Shown here piece by piece: positions 1 to 7,386 of a DNA stretch of 50,582 bases. Origin of the DNA: a virus (taxonomy: Duplodnaviria; Caudoviricetes); the IMG/VR virus record IMGVR_UViG_3300044718_000018, positions 1 through 50,582 of that record; one strand, 5' to 3'. The notes under the pieces were generated by a model. It had not been told where the DNA came from, made no database searches, and saw nothing but the letters and a program-made list of their open reading frames with translations. The stretch's first letter is position 1. Every line of letters begins with the position of its first letter. The position numbers were made by a program, and so were the translations under genes.

Positions 1-2
1 CG

Positions 3-236
3 GGAATCATTAAGCACTGGGAGGGGAATCATGGCCTGCCTGTGCGGGTTCCGGTAAGCCCTTTCATTTGGGTCAGCGCGCAAGCTGAATATATCCGCGC
101 AACTGGCCCTCATCGGGCATGGAAGTATCTCTACTTTTTGGAAGTAGATGGCAAGAAGTCAGGCGGCTATGATCGCCGGGATTCGTTCGTATCATGGGCC
201 ACCCCCAAAATTAACGAAAGAATGGGTGCACTATGA
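3..236 (+). CDS. hypothetical protein, 5'-truncated by window edge
   Basis: Frame is open from position 3 to TGA at 236; ATGA overlap with next ORF. Confidence 0.55.
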   Translation, partial: GIIKHWEGNHGLPVRVPVSPFIWVSAQAEYIRATGPHRAWKYLYFLEVDGKKSGGYDRRDSFVSWATPKINERMGAL

Positions 237-391
237 GAAATCTACTCACTGAAAGAGAAATAGATTTACTGTTGGCCGCGATTAAAGGGCACCAATGTCC
301 AGAAGGAAAGCGCTGGGTTGCTACATTCTCGGTTAGCGAAGTTGCCGAAGTACAGCGCAAGCTCGAAGCCAAAAAACAGGAAGGAGCATAA
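233..391 (+). CDS. small hypothetical protein (52 aa, MRNLLTEREIDLLLAAIKG...), not in ORF track
   Basis: Manual translation; ATGA-coupled to upstream ORF; its 3' end supplies GGAAGGAG RBS for next gene. Confidence 0.65.
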   Translation: MRNLLTEREIDLLLAAIKGHQCPEGKRWVATFSVSEVAEVQRKLEAKKQEGA

Positions 392-393
392 AC

Positions 394-597
394 GTGCAAA
401 CGAAACCTAGAGCCAAGAAGCGAGGTCGCCAGCACGTCGGCTCGCTCACTCGTACTCTGGCGTGGGAATGGGTCAAATTCAACCATTCCAAGATCGCAGA
501 GAGAATCAAGGAGGTTGCCTATAAGGAATGCGGACTTGAACCGCCTAAACCGAAAGGCCCTGATGCGGCCATGCGCGAGTTGCTAAAGAAGATATGA
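394..597 (+). CDS. hypothetical basic protein
   Basis: GTG start after AGGAG; ATGA overlap downstream. Confidence 0.65.
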   Translation: MQTKPRAKKRGRQHVGSLTRTLAWEWVKFNHSKIAERIKEVAYKECGLEPPKPKGPDAAMRELLKKI

Positions 598-857
598 CTA
601 TTGCTGTAAAATCCGAGGTCATGACCCCAATTGTTGAAGAGACAGTCCAGAAATGGAAATGCCGCCACTGTAAGCATCGGTGGCCAATTGACAACCCGGA
701 AGCCATTACCAACCCGGAACTTCGCCCAAAGCAGTGCGCGAATCGAGATTGCAGAGCGATGGATTGGGACAGGCCTAAGAAAAAAGAGGGCAGACCGTCA
801 AAGCGCAAGAAGGCCGTGGTTCGCCCCAAGGGAACCAAGAAGAAGAAAGGAAAATGA
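594..857 (+). CDS. zinc-ribbon protein with basic tail
   Basis: CRHC...W...P..C....C....WD pattern; coupled start. Confidence 0.7.
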   Translation: MTIAVKSEVMTPIVEETVQKWKCRHCKHRWPIDNPEAITNPELRPKQCANRDCRAMDWDRPKKKEGRPSKRKKAVVRPKGTKKKKGK

Positions 858-858
858 G

Positions 859-1140
859 ATGCCAGACGGAACAAGTTGTATTTGCCAGTATCCGGGGGCG
901 TGGTCTATCGGGTTGGTGCCTCTGTATTATGGCAAAATCCGCGACAAGGCTTGCCCGGTTCATGGCGACAGGAAATTACGTCGCCTGTGTCAGGAGCATT
1001 TCGACGAATACGTCAAAGGTTATGGCAATGATGGCGAAGCAGTTTTTGATGCGGATAACTGCCAAGATTGCGAACGACACCAATCCGGCTGCATCTGCGC
1101 GGACTGCTCAGGCGCGGAACTGACAGCAGATAACGATTAG
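859..1140 (+). CDS. Cys-rich hypothetical protein (MPDGTSCICQ..., 93 aa)
   Basis: ATG at 859 after AAAGGA; CIC, CPVH, CQDC and CADC motifs; upstream part of the 631 ORF shadows gene 594-857. Confidence 0.6.
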   Translation: MPDGTSCICQYPGAWSIGLVPLYYGKIRDKACPVHGDRKLRRLCQEHFDEYVKGYGNDGEAVFDADNCQDCERHQSGCICADCSGAELTADND

Positions 1141-1170
1141 CCGATTTGCGGGCGCATAGGAGGGAAGCCA

Positions 1171-1356
1171 ATGGCGAAAAAGAAGATAGTTGAGACTTTT
1201 CAGGCGCGAGTAGTGGGCGGAATTATTACAGGCCCGGAACTTAATCGCATCTATTTGACTGCACAAAAGGGTTGGGCGCTCGGCGATTCCGTCCGCATTA
1301 CTGTTGAGCGCGTACCACCAAAACCAAACGAATCCACCAAGGAAAAAACACGATGA
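1171..1356 (+). CDS. small hypothetical protein (possibly AbrB-like beta fold)
   Basis: Strong AGGAGG RBS; GWALGDSVRITVE motif. Confidence 0.6.
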   Translation: MAKKKIVETFQARVVGGIITGPELNRIYLTAQKGWALGDSVRITVERVPPKPNESTKEKTR

Positions 1357-1374
1357 AAAATCAGCAGCTTGCGG

Positions 1375-1389
1375 TAAAATACGGGCATG
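1375..1389 (+). promoter_or_regulatory. putative leaderless promoter (-10 TAAAAT 6 nt before ATG 1387)
   Basis: TAAAAT at 1375-1380, no SD before ATG. Confidence 0.45.
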
Positions 1390-1527
1390 AAAACTCGTAT
1401 TTTATTCGCAATCATAATTCTCGCCGCCGTGAGCTTTGGAACCTGCAAAGCCTCAAAAACACGTCAACTCAAACAGTCATTCGACGGGCCACCCTGCATT
1501 CCGCACATGATCTGCCCTGTGGGGTAA
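1387..1527 (+). CDS. small secreted peptide precursor, 46 aa: MKTRILFAIIILAAVSFGTCKASKTRQLKQSFDGPPCIPHMICPVG
   Basis: Manual translation; basic N-region, hydrophobic core, C-terminal Pro/Cys motif; double stop TAA TAG, then ATG of membrane protein. Confidence 0.75.
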   Translation: MKTRILFAIIILAAVSFGTCKASKTRQLKQSFDGPPCIPHMICPVG

Positions 1528-1531
1528 TAGC

Positions 1532-2197
1532 ATGACGGCGGCTTATCTCGCATGGGCCGCCGAGTTGCTCCTTGAATGCGCCGGGGCATACTGCAACCTT
1601 AAACGCTCCAAACTTCTCTCGCTGATCCTGATTCTCTGCGCCATCTCAGATATGGCCACGTTCCTGGTCTTCCAGTTTTTCAGCCGCACGGTTTACGCAT
1701 GGTCTTATTGGGGTGCGCACGCTCTCAAAGGCTTACTGCTGATCTGGCTGGGCTGCTCCATCTGTGGCATGTTCGTTGCCGAGCGCGACAAGATCAAAAC
1801 TGTCTTTATGTCCGGCTTCGTATCCGTTGCCAGCATATCTTTTGTGATGTTCGCGTTTTTCCGTGGCGACTCGCTGAAAGATCGGCTGCTTGATGCGGAG
1901 ATCGTCGCCAGCATGATTCTCTTGGGCATGATCGCGCTGGGCTGGCTGGGCAGAAGCTCCTACCTCTCGCCAGCGTGGAAGATCATCACGGCGGGATTCG
2001 TGCTCATGGTGGGCAGTGATTTGATTTTCACGGTGCTCTGGAGCTTCTGGGATGGAGCGCGGCACTGGTATCCAATCGGCACGATTGCAGCGTTAGGTGT
2101 TTGGGTAGCAGGGCCATTGATGCCACACAAGCTGAAGGATTGCCGCCTGAGCCTAGGCCGTAAAATAGTGGAAGCGGAAAGGGTTAGTGTGTGCTGA
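1532..2197 (+). CDS. multi-pass (~7 TM) membrane protein, no cytoplasmic domain
   Basis: About seven hydrophobic segments over 221 aa; YAWSYW aromatic motif; starts 4 nt after peptide gene. Confidence 0.85.
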   Translation: MTAAYLAWAAELLLECAGAYCNLKRSKLLSLILILCAISDMATFLVFQFFSRTVYAWSYWGAHALKGLLLIWLGCSICGMFVAERDKIKTVFMSGFVSVASISFVMFAFFRGDSLKDRLLDAEIVASMILLGMIALGWLGRSSYLSPAWKIITAGFVLMVGSDLIFTVLWSFWDGARHWYPIGTIAALGVWVAGPLMPHKLKDCRLSLGRKIVEAERVSVC

Positions 2198-2198
2198 T

Positions 2199-2573
2199 AT
2201 GAGTATTTATTGCAGCATTTTCGGATTTGGAGATGAGCATTCCCTCCGCTGTAAGCGCATGAGCAAGATGCGCAATGGCATGTACAGACAGGACGATTCA
2301 AGGCCATGCACTTGTAAAAGTTCCCCGATCAAATACCAGCACAGCGGGATTCTGCCATCAGGCAAAGACGAGCGCGGCGGCATCTTGGGGATTGCCGCAA
2401 TACCGGGTCATATAAAGCGCAGAGGGCGCAAAGCATTGAGCGATGACATGACCCCTTGGCATCCATGGCTGAGAATCAGCATGTTCGAGGCTGATGATTC
2501 AGTCATTCTCGCCAAAAAGCAGGTTGAAGAGTTGAGGGATGCCCTTAATAACTGGCTGGAAAAGTCCCAATAA
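2199..2573 (+). CDS. hypothetical protein
   Basis: ATG 1 nt after upstream TGA; 124-aa open frame. Confidence 0.65.
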   Translation: MSIYCSIFGFGDEHSLRCKRMSKMRNGMYRQDDSRPCTCKSSPIKYQHSGILPSGKDERGGILGIAAIPGHIKRRGRKALSDDMTPWHPWLRISMFEADDSVILAKKQVEELRDALNNWLEKSQ

Positions 2574-2607
2574 ATCCAATTTTGGACGTGAGAGAGGCGG
2601 TGCGGAT

Positions 2608-2757
2608 GTGACGGCGTGGATTATGTTCAACGAAAAGGGTGAGCCGGAATTCATAGATGCCACCCTGAGCGAAGACAAATTCAAATCGTGGTATGCAAAG
2701 TACATGGATCAGGGCTGGAAAGCTGAGCTCTGCGAAATAAAACCAGTTGCAAAATAA
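2608..2757 (+). CDS. small hypothetical protein (49 aa)
   Basis: GTG start after GAGAGGCGG. Confidence 0.55.
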   Translation: MTAWIMFNEKGEPEFIDATLSEDKFKSWYAKYMDQGWKAELCEIKPVAK

Positions 2758-2774
2758 ACAGAACGTGCTAGTTT
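2747..2774 (+). promoter_or_regulatory. sigma70-like promoter candidate upstream of methyltransferase
   Basis: TTGCAA-16 nt-TAGTTT with extended TG. Confidence 0.4.
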
Positions 2775-2838
2775 AAATCCCAGAGCTTCCCGGCTCCCTT
2801 TTTAAAAGCAAGTCCACTTCAGGCAAACCGAATCAGGT

Positions 2839-3507
2839 TTGTCGATGCTCCCGAACTCACAAAACGGAATTAAGCCGCGCATGGTTGACATGTTCTGCGG
2901 TCGTGGTGGCTGGACTAAAGGATTCCAAGCCCATGGCTGGCATTGCATCGGCATTGACCTGAATCCTCAGCCTGATTATCCGGGCGAAGAATTTATCCAA
3001 GCCGACATCGCGCAACTGATAGAGCTTCCGCCGGCAGATTTCTACTGCTGCTCAAGTCCATGTGAGAACTTCAGCATATTTGGAATGCCCAAGGGCTTCC
3101 ATAAAAACCCAAAGTGGCCTTGGATTGGCATCGCCCTTTTCAATCACGCCAGAGAGCTTCTTGAAGCAACTGGCAAGCCGTACGTCATGGAAAACGTGCG
3201 CTGCGCTGAGTGGTTCGTCGGACAGTCCATAAATCACTGCGGACCGTTTTACCTTTGGGGCAGCGGAGTGCCAGCAATATTCCCCGGCGAAGCCTACAAG
3301 GTCAAGAAAGGCCTTTACATCGGCGCTGGCAAGCAGGTTAGGACCATGACGCGGGAACAGCTACGAGAAACCCGCAAGGCTGCCAGAATCGCGGCTGGCA
3401 ACTGGACAAGCTCAAACAGCAAGGCCAGAAAAGAAGAAACGGCACGGCTGGCCGAAATACCGACTCTGGTTTCCTCTCACATCGCTCTAATGGCAGGTGC
3501 CCTATGA
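2839..3507 (+). CDS. short C5-cytosine DNA methyltransferase-family protein (start uncertain)
   Basis: Motif I DMFCGRGG, catalytic SPC (IV), ENV (VI). Confidence 0.85.
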   Translation: MSMLPNSQNGIKPRMVDMFCGRGGWTKGFQAHGWHCIGIDLNPQPDYPGEEFIQADIAQLIELPPADFYCCSSPCENFSIFGMPKGFHKNPKWPWIGIALFNHARELLEATGKPYVMENVRCAEWFVGQSINHCGPFYLWGSGVPAIFPGEAYKVKKGLYIGAGKQVRTMTREQLRETRKAARIAAGNWTSSNSKARKEETARLAEIPTLVSSHIALMAGAL

Positions 3508-4013
3508 AGCGCATAGCCGGCATGAGCGCGCGCAAGTTGGCAGAGTACAAGGCCAAACACGGTCGGCTTCCCTATTCCACGATTCAGCGAAAGGAAAAGC
3601 CATGCACCAGCACTGGTGTCCGCTCTGCGAAGAGTTTTGGATGTGCAGCGAAGACGGCCACGCTTGGACAAAAATCACGGATCTCATTTGCGAAGACTGC
3701 GAAGACGAAATCGCCAATCCGCAAGCGTAAGCCCATCCCATCCCGCAAGAAGCGCCCACGTCCTGTTTCTAAAACTCAGCGCCTTCGCCTGAAAGCTCTC
3801 AAGCTCATCCGCGATAGATGGTGGGCAGAGGGTAAGCGTACCTGCGGGATCTGCGGGAAAGAAATCCTTGAGCGCAGCGAATACACGCTAGACCACATAG
3901 AGCCAGGATCGGCGAAGTCAGACGCGGAAGACAATCTCCAGCCTGCTCACTGGCTCTGCAATCACATCAAGGGCAGTCGCAGAAATTTTACCTTGAAAGG
4001 AAAACGGCCATGA
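3504..4013 (+). CDS. HNH endonuclease
   Basis: CGIC...TLDHIEP...NLQPAHWLCNHIKG. Confidence 0.85.
   Translation: MKRIAGMSARKLAEYKAKHGRLPYSTIQRKEKPCTSTGVRSAKSFGCAAKTATLGQKSRISFAKTAKTKSPIRKRKPIPSRKKRPRPVSKTQRLRLKALKLIRDRWWAEGKRTCGICGKEILERSEYTLDHIEPGSAKSDAEDNLQPAHWLCNHIKGSRRNFTLKGKRP
3602..3730 (+). CDS. small Zn-binding protein nested in another frame of the HNH gene (MHQHWCPLCEEFWMC...CEDC, 42 aa)
   Basis: AAGGA RBS before ATG 3602; CxxC...CxxC. Confidence 0.5.
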   Translation: MHQHWCPLCEEFWMCSEDGHAWTKITDLICEDCEDEIANPQA

Positions 4014-4050
4014 GCAAAGAGCCCGGTATCACGCCCCGAAAAGGAGATTT

Positions 4051-4239
4051 ATGCCGCGTTACAAAGTAGGTGGGCAGTTAAGTTTTATTACTGAAGTCCG
4101 CGCAAAAAACCCGATAGAAGCCGAACAAAAAGGACTCAGGAAAGCATGGCGGGAAGGCTCCTGCTATTTGGACGTTTCTTCCGTGCAGCGGATTGTGAAG
4201 CGCGACGGCGAAGACGTGGAATTGCCAGATGGAGAATAA
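4051..4239 (+). CDS. hypothetical protein
   Basis: AAGGAG RBS. Confidence 0.7.
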   Translation: MPRYKVGGQLSFITEVRAKNPIEAEQKGLRKAWREGSCYLDVSSVQRIVKRDGEDVELPDGE

Positions 4240-4243
4240 AACC

Positions 4244-4606
4244 ATGAAACCCTCAATTCCCGGTATCACGCCCACGCCCGCGAAAAGCTTCTCTGAATTA
4301 TTAGCAATGGCTTTGGAGTGTGCCATGCGATTCGGGCAGGGCAAGAGTAGTAACGAATCCAAGGCCAAAGAACTTCAATCCCAAATACTTGAGCGTCATG
4401 CCTCTCTGGTATCCCGCGTCACTGAGCTGGAGAAGGCGCTGCGGGAATGTCTGAGCTGGATTTGTAATACGCCAGCGGTAGGTTCGGCAATGGGTAGAGA
4501 GAAATTCAGAATCGTTACCCGTGCTGAATCCGTTCTCTCCTCTGAACGCGCGATTAAGCATGCGCTTGGGGCCGAACCTGCCCCGCATGAGGAGGGAAGA
4601 AAGTAA
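4244..4606 (+). CDS. hypothetical coiled-coil protein
   Basis: GGAG RBS before ATG 4244; RVTELEKALRE coiled coil. Confidence 0.65.
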   Translation: MKPSIPGITPTPAKSFSELLAMALECAMRFGQGKSSNESKAKELQSQILERHASLVSRVTELEKALRECLSWICNTPAVGSAMGREKFRIVTRAESVLSSERAIKHALGAEPAPHEEGRK

Positions 4607-4845
4607 TGGGAGTACATGAAAATATTGGGCTAGATAGGTTTCCGAAGCAAGGCATATACCTGAATGCGGAAGTTGATGTTTGCTTTAACTATCAATCTCA
4701 TCTTAGCATCCCCGGCGTGATTGTCCGCGATGACATGGAAGAACCATACCGCACGATCATCAAATTGGCGGACGGAAGATTTATAGAGGCCGTTGAATGC
4801 CAGTATTCATTGCGGGGCGCGGCCACTCAGGGAGATACGGAATGA
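4606..4845 (+). CDS. conserved-looking phage hypothetical protein
   Basis: TAATG coupling; FPKQG...VCFNY...G.IVRDD.EEP...II.L.DGR...ECQY. Confidence 0.75.
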   Translation: MGVHENIGLDRFPKQGIYLNAEVDVCFNYQSHLSIPGVIVRDDMEEPYRTIIKLADGRFIEAVECQYSLRGAATQGDTE

Positions 4846-5009
4846 GCCAGACAACACAAGCCGAACGACTTATTGAACTCAACAAACAGGACGCAGAGGG
4901 CGAACTTATATGCCCATTTTGCGGCGATGACGATTATGACCGTATCGGACTGAAAGCACACTTACAGAGAGGATTTTGCGATGCCTACGAAAACACAGAA
5001 CGAATCTGA
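4842..5009 (+). CDS. small zinc-finger protein
   Basis: CPFC...LKAHL...C; GGAG RBS, ATGA overlap. Confidence 0.65.
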   Translation: MSQTTQAERLIELNKQDAEGELICPFCGDDDYDRIGLKAHLQRGFCDAYENTERI

Positions 5010-5295
5010 AGCAACTTGCAAGCACTGCGGCGAACCTATAAGTGATGCTCCCGGAATTTTTATACATATCCGCGATGGCGAGAAATTTGCCAATGAAACT
5101 ATTCCAGAAAAACGGCGGTGTTTTTTGTTTGCGCAGCGTGCATCGCAGCCAAATAGTTTAGATGAAATCGCGGAATATCTTGACGAGCAGCGCATACCGG
5201 GATTCGAGCCGTTGCAGGCTGATTCTTGTCCAATGGCATATACAACGCTTGAGCGCGTAAAAATTCTCAAGGCAAGAAGTAGCGAGGATATTTGA
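4981..5295 (+). CDS. hypothetical protein with CKHC motif
   Basis: GAGGA RBS; CKHCG..I. Confidence 0.6.
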   Translation: MPTKTQNESEATCKHCGEPISDAPGIFIHIRDGEKFANETIPEKRRCFLFAQRASQPNSLDEIAEYLDEQRIPGFEPLQADSCPMAYTTLERVKILKARSSEDI

Positions 5296-5296
5296 T

Positions 5297-5719
5297 ATGG
5301 CGACTACACCGGAGCAGAAAAATATGGACGCAATCTTAAACGCAATACCGTGGCGGTGCTTTCATTGTGACTTCATTACGGCAGACCCACTAGAGGCGCA
5401 AGCACACTTTGGCGACAGAGATGACGCGGAAGAGTTCAAGCCAATCTGTAAATGGTGGGCTTCGATGACTGCCGATGAAAAGCTGTTTCACTTCCAGCAG
5501 GCGCTAAAGGATTTGGAAGCGGAGCGGAGAGAAACAGACCGGCAGCGGGTTGCGATAGAAGGCTTGGAGTATCAGGTCGACTCATTCCCGCAGCAGATCA
5601 AAAGCTACAAGCCTTTTCGCGGCTGCAATTCTATCTATGACGTGTTCTGCGTTTTCGATTCAATGGAAGGCAGAGCACTCGCCGCAGAAGAAAAGTTAAC
5701 TCTGGAGCGTGAACCATGA
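5297..5719 (+). CDS. hypothetical protein (WRCFHC...HFG zinc motif plus coiled coil)
   Basis: GAGGA RBS; motif typical of phage accessory proteins. Confidence 0.75.
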   Translation: MATTPEQKNMDAILNAIPWRCFHCDFITADPLEAQAHFGDRDDAEEFKPICKWWASMTADEKLFHFQQALKDLEAERRETDRQRVAIEGLEYQVDSFPQQIKSYKPFRGCNSIYDVFCVFDSMEGRALAAEEKLTLEREP

Positions 5720-5952
5720 CGCCGGAGCAGATTGTGCAGAAGTGGGCCGAGCGGCTAATTGAGCGGGTCAACTTCCAGAGCGCCAAGGAAACTGAAGCCA
5801 GATTCAAAACCGAACTTCAACCCCTGGCTGATTTGATTCGAGCAGCGCAGGGAGTTATGGCGGATGCGTATGACTTTGACGGGATGTACTTGTGCGATCC
5901 CGATCCAATCAATTCATTACGGGCCGCGCTGGAAAAGCTGGCGGGAGAGTGA
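5716..5952 (+). CDS. hypothetical protein
   Basis: GGAG RBS, ATGA overlap. Confidence 0.7.
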   Translation: MTPEQIVQKWAERLIERVNFQSAKETEARFKTELQPLADLIRAAQGVMADAYDFDGMYLCDPDPINSLRAALEKLAGE

Positions 5953-5961
5953 AGGGGGATT

Positions 5962-6252
5962 ATGGCAATACGAATACAGCGCAAGCGGACTAAGGGCTGG
6001 AAGATGCCGCCAAACACGGGCTACGTTGGCAGGCCGACGAAATGGGGAAATCCGTATCTGGTAACGGAAGGCGGATATACCCGCGAGGCCGCTACTGAAC
6101 TATTCCGCAAGTTCATGGAAAAGTGCGGCGGCTATGTCGGCAATGAAGAAGTGATCGCCCAATTGCGCGGCAAAGATCTTGCGTGCTGGTGTCCAATTGG
6201 GCAGCCATGCCACGCAGATGTACTGCTGGAAATTGCGAACAAAACCGAGTAA
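5962..6252 (+). CDS. DUF4326-family protein
   Basis: YVGRPTKWGNPY and LRGKDLACWC...CHADVL. Confidence 0.9.
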   Translation: MAIRIQRKRTKGWKMPPNTGYVGRPTKWGNPYLVTEGGYTREAATELFRKFMEKCGGYVGNEEVIAQLRGKDLACWCPIGQPCHADVLLEIANKTE

Positions 6253-6269
6253 GGAAAAGGTGATTACCT

Positions 6270-6509
6270 ATGGCGACGAAACGGGCGGCGCGAAAGAAAT
6301 ATAAGGCGGATGAAAATCGAGCGGCCATAAGATGCGTGGATTGCCCTACCTGCGGAGCGGTTAAAGGGAACCAGTGCCATTACGTAGGATTTGATCCATT
6401 GGTTTATACGGTTAGCAATGTGACCACTACCCACAGGCACAGAGTGGACAAATATTATTCACGAGACATTTCAGAAATCGAGAAGCGGGAGGCCCGTGAT
6501 GCCGGATGA
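6270..6509 (+). CDS. zinc-finger hypothetical protein
   Basis: CPTCGA..G..C...H..R. Confidence 0.7.
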   Translation: MATKRAARKKYKADENRAAIRCVDCPTCGAVKGNQCHYVGFDPLVYTVSNVTTTHRHRVDKYYSRDISEIEKREARDAG

Positions 6510-6675
6510 ACGCCGCGATTGGGAAGTTTGGCAGAATGGCCGCGCTGTGTGCTGTGGCATGACGAAAGCAGCAGCCGAAAACAAGGTCGAGAATGAACGG
6601 CGCTTGGGATGGATCATGGAAGTACGCCGAGCCGCTAAACCTCAAGTATGGGTGGAGGAAGTTTGTGAAGACTAA
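6499..6675 (+). CDS. small hypothetical protein (MPDERRDWEVWQNG..., 58 aa), not in ORF track
   Basis: GGAGG RBS before ATG 6499; manual translation. Confidence 0.65.
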   Translation: MPDERRDWEVWQNGRAVCCGMTKAAAENKVENERRLGWIMEVRRAAKPQVWVEEVCED

Positions 6676-6676
6676 C

Positions 6677-6988
6677 GTGCCGGATGAACGCCTGAGAGCC
6701 GCAAGAGAGTTTGCCAAGGAACTTGAGGAAACGCTGTATTGCGGAAGCGGAGACGCCGCATGGAAGCATGAAATCCAGGCTGACAAGATCATTGCTCACG
6801 ACCAATCAGTTTACGACTCCGCTCTGCTGGAAGCAGCGGGGCTGGTGTGCGGATTGTGTAAGAAGGGTATTCCGGTTAAGCGCATGACCGTAGAAGATCG
6901 TTATTTTTGGCACCACACAGGCAAGGAATGGGCCGACAATGACGATTGCGAGGCTGGCCCGATCCACGAGCGGCTGGCGCAGAAATGA
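6677..6988 (+). CDS. hypothetical protein (MPDERLRAAREF...)
   Basis: GTG 1 nt after upstream TAA; CGLC...H...C motif. Confidence 0.65.
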   Translation: MPDERLRAAREFAKELEETLYCGSGDAAWKHEIQADKIIAHDQSVYDSALLEAAGLVCGLCKKGIPVKRMTVEDRYFWHHTGKEWADNDDCEAGPIHERLAQK

Positions 6989-7386
6989 GCGACTTCGGTA
7001 ATTACTCTAATCCGGTTGCCGCGAAAATCCATGTCTGCGAATGGTGCGCCGGAGAGATCAACAGAGGCGAGAAGCATGTGCAATTCAAGGGCATGTTCGA
7101 GGGAGATTGGCAGAACTGGAGAATGCACAACGAGTGCAAGGCGGTGGCGGAAGCAGATGACTCACTGAATGAAGGATTTGCGTTTGGTGCAGGCGAGATG
7201 CCGGAAGCAGTAAAAGCGCGACAGAAAGGAACCTCATGCAGTAGCCATACGCAGTCTGGGGCGCGGAGAGAAGGGGAAACAATCATGAAGCGTAAATGGT
7301 TTAAGTGTAATGAGTGCGTAAAGGGAAATCACGCCGAATGCATCATGCCTAAAGCGTGCGGATGTAAATGTGAGGGGAAACAATGA
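6985..7386 (+). CDS. Zn-binding hypothetical protein, fused in frame to a 33-aa Cys-rich module with its own RBS (ATG 7285)
   Basis: H.CEWC...I..GE...H.EC; second module CNEC..GNH..C....C.C.C. Confidence 0.65.
   Translation: MSDFGNYSNPVAAKIHVCEWCAGEINRGEKHVQFKGMFEGDWQNWRMHNECKAVAEADDSLNEGFAFGAGEMPEAVKARQKGTSCSSHTQSGARREGETIMKRKWFKCNECVKGNHAECIMPKACGCKCEGKQ

Noticed and set aside
1353-1535. 60-aa track ORF MKNQQLAV...
   Set aside because: It shadows the 1387-1527 frame, which has a coherent signal peptide and motif; this frame looks compositionally random, although its ATGA overlaps mean it cannot be fully excluded.
2815-2850. GGCAAACC, similar to the start of a c-di-GMP-I riboswitch
   Set aside because: No GAAA tetraloop stem or following GACGCAAA element; only a simple hairpin.
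5185-5220. GGGATTCGAGCC (PGFEP), resembling an antisense tRNA T-arm
   Set aside because: The T-stem does not pair, no acceptor or anticodon arms are found, and it lies inside a plausible CDS.
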